Shown here one piece after another: positions 41,439 to 55,121 of a stretch of 64,000 nucleotides of DNA. Both the position numbers and the translations under genes were made by a program. The stretch lies in the NCBI GenBank assembly GCA_000182565.2, contig KQ257455.1; one strand, 5' to 3'. Numbering within the stretch: the first letter of the stretch is position 1; each line of letters begins with the position of its first letter. A model generated the notes under the pieces. That model saw only the letters and a program-made list of their open reading frames with translations. It did not search any database and was not told where the DNA came from. The stretch is from Spizellomyces punctatus DAOM BR117 (lineage: Eukaryota).

Positions 41439-42324
41439 TGTGATATGTTGCTATAAGGTTTCCGACGTTGATAGCGGATAATGGACGACACAAAGGACAG
41501 CGATGCAAGACGGGCAGGCGGTCAAAGCCCAAAAGGCCCTTTTTGTGGTGAAGCGGAGCGACAGCTTACGTGACCGTCTCGGCTTTTCAGAACAACAACG
41601 TGATACAATACCAGCACTATGCCTACGTAATTCACGATCGCTGATTTGCTAATCAAATCCAAGCCACTCGGACGTTGCATTTGAGGATGGATGTTGGGCG
41701 TAGATTGCAAGCAAAGGCCGCTAGGACAAGAACGTAGCAGCAATGCACAAGAGATTCCTTCTCGACGTTTGACTATAGACCAGTTTTGAACCAACTAGAC
41801 CACCACCCATGTGCATATACCGTCGTTTGTCCCCATATTTCTCGATCACTGAACTTGCAGCAAATGTATCCAACCGCACGCCATCTTGTGCGCAGAAGTT
41901 AGTTGGGCGGTTTATCAATGTAACAATCACCATTCAGTTATTTCTGTTGCATTTGGGTAGAGATCTTGCTTCAGCAATTAAGTATATAGGGAACGTTTAA
42001 AGATTTATCAGATGTTCATTCACGGCACATCGAAAATCCACGGATTCATGATTTGATATTATTCCAAAGTCCAAGGACAAGGACAAGGAGGTTCTGCAGA
42101 AAAGGCGCACCTGGAAACCACCTATACTTTGGCCCTGATGGTCGGTACCTTTTACGTTTACAAAATGACAAGAACCTCACGACAAGCACAGGTAAATCTT
42201 TCAATGTGCAAAAACAAAATGCAAGGAACTCCTCATATTAAGCAGAAAATGGCGGTATATACATATGACATAACTGACAAGGAAAAAACACAAGATACAA
42301 TATACGTCCTTTACTTTTGCTCCC

Positions 42325-43746
42325 CTATTCGGCGGCCTGAGCCACCGTAGCTTGCTCTGGGTCGGGGTAGGGAAGAGTCCTGACGTCGTCCATAATATAC
42401 CGGTCGGACGTGTTGTAGAATGTCGAGCGACGGTGAGAAAAGGCCAAGAAAGAGTCCTTGCCCTGGTAAGCACCCATTCCACTCTCACCAACTCCGCCGA
42501 ACGGAAGGTTGGTAGGGATGATGTGCACGACGACATCGTTCACACATGTTCCACCAGAACGGGTGCTTTCGAGGACGAGGTTGGATTCCTTCTCGTCATC
42601 GGTGAAGATGTAAAGGGCCAAGGGGGTGTCCTTGCTGTTGATGAGATCGATAGTCTCATCAAGGTTTTCAAAAGTGACGACGGGGAGAATGGGAGCAAAG
42701 AGCTCGTCTTCCATCAACGAGTCTTCGGCGGATGGGAGGTCTACAATGGTAGGAGCGAGGTAGAGGGATTCTTCATCGCGGTCGTTACCGTGAAGGACTT
42801 TTCCCTTTGAACGATCGAGCAGAGAAGTGACGCGTTTCCAGTGGTGGTGGTTGACGACTCGGCTGTAGGACGAGCTCTCCTTGGGGTTTTCACCCCAGTT
42901 CTCGACAACCTTCTTTTTGATCTCAGCAATAAGTTCGTCCTTGATCGACTTTTCGACCAATAAGTAGTCGGGGGCGATGCAAGTCTGGCCATTGTTCAAA
43001 AACTTGCCGTGGGTGATTCGGAGGGCAGCGGTCTTGATGTCGGCATTTTTAGTGACAATGACAGGGGACTTTCCGCCAAGCTCAAGAATGACGGGTGTAA
43101 GGTGCTTGGCGGCAGCCGTCATGATGATTCTGCCAACGTGGCCGTTACCAGTGTACAAAATCTTGTCCCACTTGAGCTCCAGAAGCTTGGTGGATTCGGG
43201 AATGCCGCCGTTCACAATCTTGTACGCATCGTTGTCGAGGTACTTTGGGATAAGATCAGCGAGGACGCGCGAGGTGTTGGCAGAGACTTCAGAGGGCTTC
43301 ACGACTGCCGTGCAACCGGCAGCGATCGCGCCGATCAAAGGAGATAAAGTGAGACGGAGAGGGTAGTTCCATGGAGCAATGATCAAGACATTGCCTAGAG
43401 GCTCATGGCGAATGGCCATTCTCTTTCCAGTGAAGAATGGTGCAGGAGCCTCAGGTTCTTCACCCTTGACCCACTCATCGAGGAGCTCAACGGCCTCCAT
43501 GGCGTGTTGCTGAAGAGCCATGATCTCGAACATTGTGGTTTCTTGCGGGTGCTTGCTGAGGTCGGCATTCACCGCCTGGCACAAGGCTGGTATGTTCTCG
43601 CTAAGGAGCTCATTGAGTTTACGAAGTTGAGTCTTGCGGTACTCGACAGGGCGTGTCTTCTTGCTCATAAACGTCTTGCGGGTAGTAGCGTGAGCATCTT
43701 CAATGGCCTCGATGGGTGTGTACTTGAGAGTGTTTGAGACAGTCAT
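42325..43746 (-). CDS. Fatty aldehyde dehydrogenase (ALDH3/HFD1-like), intronless
   Basis: IAPWNYP, LELGGKSP, NGQTCIAPDY, DELFAPILP and PFGGVGESG. Confidence 0.95.
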   Translation of the reverse strand: MTVSNTLKYTPIEAIEDAHATTRKTFMSKKTRPVEYRKTQLRKLNELLSENIPALCQAVNADLSKHPQETTMFEIMALQQHAMEAVELLDEWVKGEEPEAPAPFFTGKRMAIRHEPLGNVLIIAPWNYPLRLTLSPLIGAIAAGCTAVVKPSEVSANTSRVLADLIPKYLDNDAYKIVNGGIPESTKLLELKWDKILYTGNGHVGRIIMTAAAKHLTPVILELGGKSPVIVTKNADIKTAALRITHGKFLNNGQTCIAPDYLLVEKSIKDELIAEIKKKVVENWGENPKESSSYSRVVNHHHWKRVTSLLDRSKGKVLHGNDRDEESLYLAPTIVDLPSAEDSLMEDELFAPILPVVTFENLDETIDLINSKDTPLALYIFTDDEKESNLVLESTRSGGTCVNDVVVHIIPTNLPFGGVGESGMGAYQGKDSFLAFSHRRSTFYNTSDRYIMDDVRTLPYPDPEQATVAQAAE

Positions 43747-44455
43747 TGTGTAAGTATGAATTGGTTTGTTTGTGTGCTTTGTAACTAGAATTGTGCGAGG
43801 CGACGGGATGCCTTATTTATATCCTTTGATCCCAATGTCAAGATGACAAACCACAATCCGACAGCAGAAAGCGGGGCTTGGGGGCGCATCGGCCAGACAC
43901 AAACCCGCATTTCCGCCGCATTTTACCCCAGACGGCCGGGTTTGAACGCCAGAGTAGCGCAGGCGTCAGCAAGTGGAATCGCATGTAAAAAAAAGGTTTG
44001 GAACGTGAGTTGTAATACGGCAGTTTTCTGTTTCATCCCCTCCGTCAACTGGCAGTTCTTGGCTGATTTCACACTATTTTTTTGCATTGCGGCCCAACGC
44101 CTTCTTTTTTTTTTGCTTGTTTGGAGCGTGCCGGTGGGGGACGCGCGGTGCAAGTGTTCCAAATGTCATGACACTCTCTCCGCCGACCTTTTTGTTACCG
44201 TGTTGAACACTTGCTGCGACGCTGGTGCATAAAGGTCGTTTTTACGCAACTGTTCAATTGGGCCATTCTTTGGTATTGCAGAGCTCCGTTTTGCCGAAAT
44301 CATATGGTCTTCCCCCTCCGCTAGTGTATTGTTCTGTTGTGTGCGTGATCAAGTTGCAAATCAACAAAACAACTGAGCCTTAATAGAAAAATTAAATTGT
44401 TTCTGGAATACGGGAATATACTATACCAATTAACAGGCGCCCGTGTTTGTACACA

Positions 44456-44537
44456 GCACGCTTGTCCGAGCGGTCTAAGGAGCTGGTCTCAAGTTCCAGT
44501 CTCGAAAGAGGCGTGAGTTCGAATCTCACAGCGTGCA
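44456..44537 (+). tRNA. tRNA-Leu(CAA), type II with long variable arm, no intron
   Basis: Acceptor GCACGCT/AGCGTGC, D-loop AGCGGTCTA, anticodon CAA at 44490-92, variable arm CTC-GAAA-GAG and T-arm GTGAG-TTCGAAT-CTCAC. Confidence 0.95.
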
Positions 44538-44557
44538 TGGCTTTAGATACAATATCC

Positions 44558-44565
44558 TTTTTTTT
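44558..44565 (+). terminator. Pol III oligo-T terminator of tRNA-Leu
   Basis: T8 run about 20 nt downstream of the tRNA. Confidence 0.7.
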
Positions 44566-44883
44566 CACAACCTCACCAGTGATGCGCTTAGAACATTTTG
44601 GATGATCTTGAAAACCATGCTGGAGAGTTTAGGAGGAAAGGCTACGGCATTTAAGCGACGAGTTCGTAGCACTCGTCTTCCCAGTCTGTGCGAGTTCAGG
44701 GCACTAGTACAGTGAATTACATTGTTCAAGGGCGAAATTTGGTTCGTATGCGCAAACCAAATCAACAATGAGAATCAATGGTGTAGGGAACAACACATGC
44801 GCAGGTCCGACATCTGATACATATTTTACTAGAAGTAAAGCTTTTGGTCATGACAAGGACCAGAACAATGTTTTGGCTCTCCC

Positions 44884-46759
44884 TTAGGCTGCAACCCTTT
44901 TAACAACCACCAACCCCAGAATCGCCGCAACGACGCCAGAGCCAATGCTTGCAACCTCCTCCATCTTGGCAGCCACGTCCATGAACCAAGGTCTAACCCA
45001 CTCTGCACCATTTTGTAAAACATTAGCGCCCATCCATTCTTCCTTTCCAATGAATTTAAAAGATCGGTACAACGCCCTTGCAAGCATGCCAAATGTCCTG
45101 TCAGCCTTTTCATGGTGCGAGATGTGAGAAGAGTAGGGCGATACGAGCACATCATCGACAAAGAGGAGGGCAGATGGCGTGTTGGGAATGAGGGTGTATG
45201 CGCCGGTCGAGGGAGGAAGGGTGTGGGTGTTGGTCGCAGTAACAGTGACACGGGACTAGCACCAGGATGATTGTCAATCATTGGGTACCTAGAAAAAGAA
45301 AACTAGTAGTTTGATGAACTTACATATTGTTGGTGGTAAATTTGTTGACCAATCTTGATGTGCATGGCTTGAACAAGGACGGGGGTATCGTTCTCTTCAA
45401 CATCCGCCGCGATAAGGTGGGTTGCGGTTAGGGTGATCTTTCCAGTCTGCATATAAAAAGTAAGATTCTGAAAGTGGACCGCAGTGTGTCCGTACCAACG
45501 TTTACCTTTCCATCGTCCGTAACGTATTCGACGTCGGTAAAGGCAGGTTGGCCAGACAAGTTGACCAAAAAGGCAACCTCACTCCACTCTGTGGTCCTCT
45601 CTTCACCCACAGCAACCATCACCTTCATACCTGGTTTAACATCCCTGAACGGTACCTTGACGGCTTTTCCTTCCTTTTGGACACGAACTGTCGCATCGCC
45701 AGGGAAACATCCCTCACATGTATTTGCAACCTCGTCACAACGGGTCGACAAGGTTGGGTTGTCGCAAAGGGTGTCGCAGGCCACACCAGGGGGAACGTGG
45801 ACGCGGTTAGCGTCTTCGCTAGCAGAACGCTGAACGTAGGCCAGTCGCCAAGCAGGTTGGTTTGCTGCGGCTTTGTACCCGGAGCGACAAGCACATTGGT
45901 AGAGATTGGTGGTGCCTACAAACGGGTTCTGAGCGACATATTTCGTGCAGGATGCTGTTTCATGGCACTTGGGGGAGAATGTTAATCCACAGTCGTCGAG
46001 ACAATGTTGAATGTCATTTGCGCTTTAAAATTACCTGAGCACCGCCTGGGGTGGTTGAACACTGCTGACACATCACTAGAAAGTTGGATTTTAGTTGCAA
46101 TGATACTAGAGGGTACTTAATTCCCCATTCATCAATGAACAAAAACCTACTGGGCTGAGAAATGGTTTTGGTACACCAAACGGGGTGCTTATCCTCGCAC
46201 GGCCGAACATTGATGGCCATTTTCCCTTTCGGGCTCAAAGTAACAGCCATACAAGCTCCATTGTAACTATCACCATTCCACGAGCCAATCCAAACAATCT
46301 TGTCCTTGGCCAATGCTGCATTGGCATCAGGACAGGAATTCTGAAAGTAGGTGGTAATGGCATTCCAGTCATAGGAAGTTTTGTCGCCAAAAGTTAATTT
46401 GCCGAGTTCGTAGGGCCCACCAGGAGCATTCGCACATGCAGTGATGGCTTCAGCATGGCTCTTTGGGGCATCGTAAATAAAAGCATGCTTGTTTTCGACT
46501 AGTGTACTCGCGTAGAATTGGTCAAAAAGGCAGACTCCATTCTCTTGTTGGCGCCTGTCGATGGCTGCACGACGAACACGGGCGGATTGGTCTTGACCGC
46601 CAGTGTACTGGTAGACGAGAACACCTGGAATGTTGAATGCGTAAGGCAAAACTCTTGCAGCAGATGGGATTGCTCTGATATGCAAAGCCGATAAAGGTAC
46701 TACTTACCAATGCCGACACACACGGCCAAGACCGTCAAACGGAAAATGTTCAAAGCCAT
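44884..46759 (-). CDS. Secreted/membrane protein: C-type-lectin-like domain, Hedgehog-type Hint (Hog) domain and C-terminal hydrophobic segment
   Basis: Signal MALNIFRLTVLAVCVGI. Lectin-like AITAC..WIG..CMAV..PCEDKHPVWC. Hint motifs GCFPGDATV, LTATHLI and GAYTLIP..LFVDDVLVSPY. Confidence 0.75.
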
Positions 46760-47186
46760 GATGCAAAGAAATATTCTTTTTTTAAAGGTTGAGATACCTA
46801 GCAAAACTCTTCCGTGATAACTATACAGAATCTGAAAATTCCTCAGTCTGCAGTAGCGTTGTCCAAAGAAAGACAACAAGAACCAATGCCTTTGCTTTTA
46901 TACATGCCCCACTTCCCCCCCCCCCCCCCCCCCCCCTTTTCCCCCTTGGGAAAGGCCCCAGGATTTTACTATCCCCCCTTTCTATACGTCACCCGCAAAA
47001 GGGGGGGGGCCAACGATTTTTCCAAATTGTTTGGCCCAAAAAAATGGGAAAAAAAAAGGGGGGGGGGGACGCGGTTTTCCCCTGGGTTTTTGCCCCGGGG
47101 GGGGTCTTTCCCGCTTGGCGGCTGGGAAAAGATCGGTAACGAACCCTACCCCTAAACGAATGCCTTGGGGGGGAAAAAAAACGGGA

Positions 47187-47286
47187 NNNNNNNNNNNNNN
47201 NNNNNNNNNNNNNNNNNNNNNNNNNNNNNNNNNNNNNNNNNNNNNNNNNNNNNNNNNNNNNNNNNNNNNNNNNNNNNNNNNNNNNN
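47187..47286. other. Assembly gap (100 N), preceded by low-quality homopolymer-rich read end from about 46915
   Basis: N run plus inflated C/G/A/T homopolymers. Confidence 0.95.
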
Positions 47287-47437
47287 CGTACTGTCATGAT
47301 TGCTGCGCTTGATTTATGACCGCGGGCCCTTCTTTCGAATATGGAACCTCCTTTGTCGCTGCCCAAGTTTTCTCTTCATGTACACAGCGTACTGTTAAGC
47401 ATTATTCCACAAGATTATTAAATTATATAAAAGCTCC

Positions 47438-49226
47438 CTAATCCCCTTCCCAAGCCCATCCCTCCCGTTTCTTCTCATTCATCTGTAATCTCCCTATTAC
47501 AAAACTCTTTTCAACAAGTTCCATCCTGGCCAGTTCCTGTGCCAATTTTACACATTCGTCCATTTCTGTTGTGGTTTGTTGGATAGCGTCCCGGAGGGCT
47601 GCTAAGCGATTGGAGAGCATGGCAATCTATGAGAGTAGTAGGTTGAATACCTGGATTACGTAGAGGACTATTTTGCAAAAAAGATATGAACCTGCTCAAT
47701 ATGCCCATTTTCATCCTGAAGAACATGCCGCATCTCCTCGGTAGTATCCTTCAATACATTTCGCAGTTCCTCTGCAGTGGTTGATTTTAGCAATAGCAAC
47801 AAATGCAAAGGATTTGACATAATGCACATACCAGCATCAGAAATCATAACCCCCTTCATTGGAAGCCAATCAACACTCCTTCTTAATCCATTCATGAAAG
47901 TATCGTAACCTTTTGAAAAGGCTTCCAAAGCTTGTGCAGCTTCTGTAATAGCTTTTTCCTAGATATTTTAAAAAACAAGTTAACCATGGAACTCTTATAC
48001 TGTAAATTAGCGAAGAAACTGCACACCTGCTCCCTCAAAGGTCCAATAACTTTCACGAGCTCTTCCATCTGTCGCACCGTCTCCTCTTCACCATGTACTT
48101 CCTCCCGTAACTCTGTTACACGCTGCCAAAAGGTATAAATCTCCGCCTAATGGTCCGATATAGATATCAGTATATTGCATGGCAAACATCACAAGATGAA
48201 TCATACCTCAGCCTGTCGCTTCTTCTCCTCAAATGCCTTTTGGGCATTCGCTCGTAAAAACGTCCACTGTAACAAGCGGTTTTCAAGTGCCAGTATGGTA
48301 TCCTCGATTGGTGTCGATGAATTTGTTCTGGATGGATTCGACTGGGTTAGAGACGACTGTTTACGTGCTGACGGAGGCGCAAGGGAAGGTACGGGCGATG
48401 CTGGCTGATATTGAAGGTCAATACAAAGCATTCAGACTAGGAAAAGGATAATAGAGTATTACCAATGGGACAGCAGCCGCTTTTGCCAGCATTTGTGATG
48501 AAGATTTTGAGGGCCGGGTTTCTGCCATGGTACGCCGCAAAGAGGACCGAGGTGCGTCCAACTCTAAATACCATGTTCAGAATCAATACCCAGAGGCACC
48601 CGTCAACGTTCTGTATGCAATCTCACCTGACGCACGAAGCCCTCCTTTGACTACGCTCTTCGGTCCCATGCTCTTCCGTTTCAATTCCACACCTGGCGTC
48701 GCCATCACATTCCTCTCCCGCAACAGATTTTGTTCCCCCAAGACTTTTCTCACATTCGGGCGTTCAGGTCGACTCTCCACAACACTCTTTGTCAACGTCG
48801 ATCGGACTGTCACAGGTTTGGAAACTGGTCTATGTACAGGTTGTGGTGCGGGTTTGCTCACTGCGGATGTTGTGGATGCCATATATCGTGATGCAACATA
48901 TCTGACTGTCCATGGAATCAATAACCTATTTTCAGCATCAAATCAGTCAACAAGACCCCCAAAAAACACAAACCTTTCCTTTTCCGCCCTTCGCCACGTA
49001 CAGAGTCCGCAACTGACGACACAGGCGAAACATCCACTTGAAGATCAACGCTGGCTGGCGAATCTCTCACTATCGCACGTGGCGTCGTATTTCGACTTGA
49101 TCTACTAGGTGAACTTGCATGAGGACTGCCACCTCGAGGTGAACCAGGTCGAGGTGAACTATCGACTTTTGCCGCGAAACTTTGGGTTGAACTCATATAT
49201 CTCGGTGTTCCGGATGGTGAAGACAT
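47438..49226 (-). CDS. HAUS8/QWRF-like augmin subunit, multi-exon
   Basis: Disordered S/P/R-rich N-terminus with SRYM motifs, LENRLLQWTFLRANA, and coiled-coil C-terminus. Confidence 0.55.
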
Positions 49227-49833
49227 GCGGGATCGTTGTAATCGCAGGGTTGGGGAGGGAGTATCGGGACTTGAGGAAGTGTGAGGCGAGGATGGGGATG
49301 GGTGGGAGGAAGGTGGGGTTTCGGTGGATCGTGGTTTCGGCTGTTTGGGTCTTTAGCAATCAATAGCAGAAAGTCAGTACGAAAAGATATCTAGAACAAA
49401 TGGTCACTTCTTTATCAAGCACTTTCTTTTCATACTTTTGTATCACTCCTTTAGAGACCTTTCCTCCGGCGCTTCCTAGACCTGACGCAACACGTAGGTG
49501 TGGTTGCATAGGCCCTGCACGCCGGCGTGGGTCCATATTGGGCAGGATGGCTCTATTTGTTCGTCAATTTGGAATATTAGAAAGTAACTACATCGATATC
49601 TCTTGCAGCTATGGTACTATCGCGCGACATGGAACAAAATCCTGTCCTTGTCGTGCGGGATTGGTCAAGACGTGCTTCGAAAGCTCCTTCATCACGTCCG
49701 ACAGGAGCGGACACAGCACGTGATCATCATCAAGATAAACAAACGTCAGGCCACAATACCAAATCCATTAGAAACTTTCCCAACTCAATAAAGCCAGAAC
49801 ATACAGATATAAAAAAACGAAACAAAGAAATAT

Positions 49834-52630
49834 CTATCCATCTATACTGTAAAGCAAACTTCCAATCTCGGTCCTTCGTCTCTCCAAAATGTGCTTCTCA
49901 TCCACTTCGTCCAAAATGGGGATGGGATCAGGAGAGTCAGACAAATCGGAATAAGCGTCCTCATCACCAGAGCCCTCAAAACGAACACTTCCAGTAGATC
50001 CGTATCGGTCTTCAGCGTGTAAGCCATTCACCGAACCGTTTAGAGACCGGTGAGATCCTTGGGGGTCGCATGTGCCATCCACACGGATATGGGGGCAAGG
50101 TGCGTGTTGAGGGACACCATAAGCTGGGTAGTAAGGCCCTACCTGAGGTCCTGATGGCGCACGGTCCCGCTGATGGATATCACGAATCATAAATTCAGTC
50201 AGGTCGTCGCCGTGGTCATCAACACCAGGATCTTTGAGAATCTCTGTGAACCATTCTGCAGTCATACGAGTCGCCTGCTTGGCTTCAGGGAGGAGAGAAA
50301 GCATTTGGAACATGGCATGCGAAACACCTTCCAGAATCTTGACTCGGACCATAGTGTCCGGATCACGGGAGAATATGTGCGTGCGAACTCGTTCTGGGGC
50401 AGCTCCGTTTCCTTTAGCAGTTCCGTTGGCGGTACCATTCATATGGGTGCCGTTCGCTTGTGCAAGCTTTTGTTTCTGCTTCTTGTCTGCAAGAGCTTCA
50501 ACCCCGCCGCCATGTTCGACCTTGCGCATCATGCGCTCCCACTCTTTCCGTGCCTTTTGCTTGTTTTCGCGCAGACGGCCAGCAAATACTACGGTATCAT
50601 CGACGAACGGATCTTTCTCGCCGCAGAGAAGATACGTTTTTGGGAAACGAGCCAACAGGTCGTCCGGTGCCATGACGGGACTCAGATAGTAGTCCGAGGC
50701 AAGATCAACTGGAACGGGCGATGTCCCTAGATAGAGAAGCGCCATGGCACGCATCACTGGAACCAAGAACAAATTAGGCGCGATGCGGCATACCAGAATC
50801 ACATGTAAAGACATACTCTCTGGCGTGATGATCCGATCGGTAAAGTAGGACATGCGAGACGTCATGGACAACGAACTGGGAATTGATGGACCCGGAGGGT
50901 GCGAAGGCCGTGGCTTAAAGATGTGGTACCAAGATTTACTCCTGTCCACCTCGTCCTTCAAAACATCAATCTTCCGCGGAGCTTCCTGCGGCGTGAGGGG
51001 AGAGTTCTTTTTGATGTTGTGCTTTGATTCTGAAAGAGATTTGAGAGATAAATTCTTGTGGGATTCGGCGCGCATGAGTTTGAGTTGCTCCGATGGCATC
51101 CTGACGAGGAACGACACAATGAGCGAACAGGTACCTTACAAGAGCCAAAGAAACAGCAATTCCCACGTACCAGCAAGACATATCAAATGAAAGACACGGG
51201 TAAATAAGCACAAGGCCATTTGGTGGGGGAATGTGCTTTTCATAGGTTTCCAAGCAACGCATAACCACCCCTACAACCAAGTTCCCACCACTGAGTTCCA
51301 TGTGGGAGGTTATTAGCGAAAAGGTCACGGCCTTGTTCAAGGGGACGACTACCAGACACTTACGCAGAATCTCCAACCATCACAATCTTGATGGGCGCCT
51401 TCTTCAATTGATGTCCCTGTGCATCCGATTCATACCACCCTTCGAATCCAATCGCTCCACCGTTGGACTCTACGATGCTCCTGTAAGCATCAAAGCATTC
51501 CTCCAATGCGAAAGGGTAAGGAAACTCGGGTGCTTTGCCATACTCTATGGCAACGATGGGAACTTTGGAAATGACTGCCCATTGCGACACATAGTCCTCG
51601 TGACACTTTGGCGGCATGGCCACAAAACCTCCACCAGGAAGGAGCAAGATGAGTTCTCGGGACCGTCGCAGCTCATCCCGCGTGCCGGTAAAGTACAGGC
51701 GAGCTTTTATGGGGCCCAATTCTCGATCGGGAAATGAGCTGACTGACGGCGGGTCTGGACGTTCAATGATAATATCTTCTCGGATCGCCACATAGGGACG
51801 GTCTGCAGCCGTCGCAAGGCGAAGGTAGGGGTTCATACTCTTTTCCCAGGAAACCCGCATCATCTCGATCGTGGGATGAGCCCTAAATTTGCGCACCTGC
51901 GAGACAAGCCCGTAAGCGTCGCGTCATAATTACCGACAAAGTATTTCCATACCTTTTCGTCGGCAGTGTCAGGGAACACCAAGTAAAAGGCGGCAAATAG
52001 GACCGACAGGATGTCCCTCAAGAACTTTGGGCGCACATTCATCGCGGTCAGGAAACCGGCGTCAAGACTCGTCAAGACATATGAAGCTCTATAAAAGTTG
52101 CGGGTATACTAGCAGAACGAACAAGAAGATTAATTCAAGATAATTTCACAGACTAGGTACAGGGGAACGCACCATTCTTGCCAGAGGTTCAGGTGCTGTC
52201 CAAAGCAACAACCGTTAGTAACTAACACCAACTTGGGAATCTTTCAACAAAGCGTACATACCATTCAAACCCAAAGTCAAGAAAAAGTTTTTCAAAATCC
52301 AAGCGATAGACAAGGTCCCAAAAACGATTTTCCACGGAGGAAGGGACGCTGGCAGACCACAATGAACATGTCAATACTTTGAACATCCAACAACAGTTGG
52401 ACGACAAACCCAACCCACCAAACTTTTCATCCAGGTATCTCAAAGCCATCATGTTGGGTCCTGCCTTTGGCGACTTTATGATGCGATACCTAAACATTCC
52501 ACAAATGTCAGCCCCAAGACACACAAGGCTGACTCCACATCTCCCCCGCTACTCACGCAATGAAGGCAAACACCAATACTTGTATCCGCTTCAGTCCCGC
52601 AGAGGGACGACCCAAGGCGTGATCCAGCAT
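49834..52630 (-). CDS. Hormone-sensitive-lipase family alpha/beta hydrolase
   Basis: LPGGGFVAM, YGKAPEFPYP, GDSA|GGNL nucleophile elbow, CGEKDPFVDD and GVSHA. Confidence 0.9.
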
Positions 52631-53088
52631 GATGGTCTATGCAAAAAAAAACAAAAAGGTCTAAAATGCTAATGTCCCTCCTCGTCGTCGTTCGTTCGTC
52701 GTCGTCGTCGTTTCGTCGGGCTTGCCCTTAAAATCTACAGATGGATTACCACGTGTCTGGTGCATCGTCACATGGGCTGTCATTTAAGGAAACTTTTTGT
52801 GTGACCATCGACATGTGAAAATTTGTCACAAGACCTCGTGACTCTCCTTTAATGCATTCGAATGGAAATGGAACGAACCATTTGATCTATCTAATTCAAT
52901 ATTGGCAAAAGATGAACAACGCAGGTGCTTGAACATGTTAATTGTATTTTTCATTCCCTCCTAGCCTATAAAATATAATAAGAATCCTATGCGAGGAATT
53001 ATGTCCGATCCGCTATGTACAATAGTGGGAACCAAACAACTTTCCCTAAAAATCTTCCATACACACTGCCTTTAGTCACTCTTTCTAT

Positions 53089-55121
53089 TTACGCAATCGA
53101 TTCCGTTCGACGAGGAGAAGTGGGTCGTCCGTGAATACCATTGGCTGGTACGATTTCAATGGCGAGATCTGACGCATTGGCGGCATTCAGCGCCGTTGTC
53201 GAACTATCGGGCAGTGCGACCCGAATTTCAGACATTTGCGCTAATGGGAATTGCTGCGGAACACCATTGCCGTTGCCATGTGTCCTTTTGTCAACATGGT
53301 CTTGCGCTTCTTGGGAACCGTGTCCGAAACCGGCAATGGGAGGAACGGTTTCCGGTCGATGGTAGTTGTCTGCATTACGATTCTGTCAGCTCTTGTCCTT
53401 TCCAGGTCACCAAATGCATGGATACATACATGCATATTCTCCAATCTGGGCCAAATCCAGTCCCAAACTCTCGTGACGCTCCTTTACGCGCAAGTGAAGT
53501 CCAGGCGTCTTGTCCAAGAGGTAGAAAACAATATATGTGAGACAGAATGACCACGCGGCACTACATGTAGTGTTAGCACAGGCGAGTGTCGGGTTGGTCA
53601 AGAAATGCAACGACATACACTGTGATGGTCGCATATAGGTGAATCCAAAGTTGCTTAAAGTTGCCATTCATCCATCCACCATTAATCCCCTGAGTGTCCA
53701 GCTCAATAATGGACCGTTCGGCAAAAATGGCCGTAAGGAGATTGCCAATCTGAGGATAAGAGATGGATGAGTCAGACAGCGCAATGGTCGGGTCTGTGCG
53801 TTTTCCAGGTACATACCACGCCGCCAACGCCGTGAACCGCAAACACGTCCAGTGTGTCATCAATTTTCCCTTTGGTTATATCGGCGACAAACCGACATAC
53901 AGTTCCGGCAATCACTCCAATGACCACGCCGGCCCATGGCTCAACAAACCCAGCTGCTGGTGTGATCGCCACAAGACCAGCTACGGCTCCGACACAGAAA
54001 CCGACCGCTGAATATTTATGGCCATTGTATAGGTAGTCCCAAAACATCCACACCAGACCTGCTGCGGAAGCCGCTAGGTTGGTGACTAGGATCGCCATTC
54101 CTGCGCGCCTGGTGGCTGTAAGCGCACTTCCCCCGTTGAACCCAAGCCAGCCAAACCACAACAATGCGGTCCCGAGGATGACATATCTACGCATCCGTGG
54201 CCCAATGAGCACAAATGATGGAACTTGAGTAACTAAACAGAACCTACCCAACATTGTGGGGTTTCTCATCGGCGATCCTCGTTCGTCGTGGTCCCATATA
54301 AATAGCAAAGGCGAGACCAGCAAACCCAGATACGACTTCAACTGGACATCCTCCAGCAAAGTCTAGGTATCCCCGGGCTCGAAGCCATCCGTTTGGTGCC
54401 CAGACCCAGTATGCCACAAAATCTGCTCAAGCAACTTTAGTTTTTGGACATGAGCAAAGGCCCAACAAGGAAACAAACGCACCGTAGACGACAGTTGTCC
54501 ATATGAGAATGAACAGCATACTCGGCAATATTCTTGTACGATCTGCAGCCGAACCAAAGGGCAATGCCGCCGTAAGTGCAGCAAACATGGCTTGGAACAT
54601 GGCAAACACATCAGTCGACAAGACTGTGCCGGGGTAAAGCTCTTCGCCGCCATTCTTCAAACCGGCATAGTGGCCATTGCCAATGAACGGTCCGCCGGAA
54701 GGTGAAAAGGAGATGGAGAAGCCCCTGGTATTAAGATCCGTGAGTCTCCCAGTGTTGCACTCCCTAGTGTTGGGCTCCCTGTGTTGAGCAGACCCAATGT
54801 GCGGTAAGGAAAACTCACCATAGGAACCATTGGATCGAGACGATCGCCAGCGACAGCATGCAAAGGTGCAAAAAGACGAGAGCATTCTTGTGATGACTCA
54901 AGCCAGAGTAAAAGTAACCCAACCCAGGAATCTAATACACATGCACACACACGAAACGTGCTAGTGCGTAAGCACACTTGCGAGATAAACAAAAACCAAA
55001 CAACGTCATATCTCTCACCCACCATGATAAGCACCAAGGCTGAGCATAGCATGACAAAGACGTTGGCCGCCCCGTCGGCCGTAGCCGGCGCTTGTCTCGG
55101 TGACAATGTGTTGGAACTCAT
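53089..55121 (-). CDS. Ammonium transporter (AMT/MEP), multi-exon
   Basis: FQAMFAALT, LLWFGWLGFNGGS, GAVAGLVAITPAAG and IDDTLDVFAVHGVGG. Confidence 0.93.

Noticed and set aside
46915-47186. G/C homopolymer tracts suggesting G-quadruplex or repeat
   Set aside because: Adjacent to the N gap and typical of degraded read ends.
23680-52630. Lipid-metabolism gene cluster (P450, MBOAT, ACAD, ALDH, lipase)
   Set aside because: Interspersed with unrelated genes, no backbone synthase, and no evidence of co-regulation.
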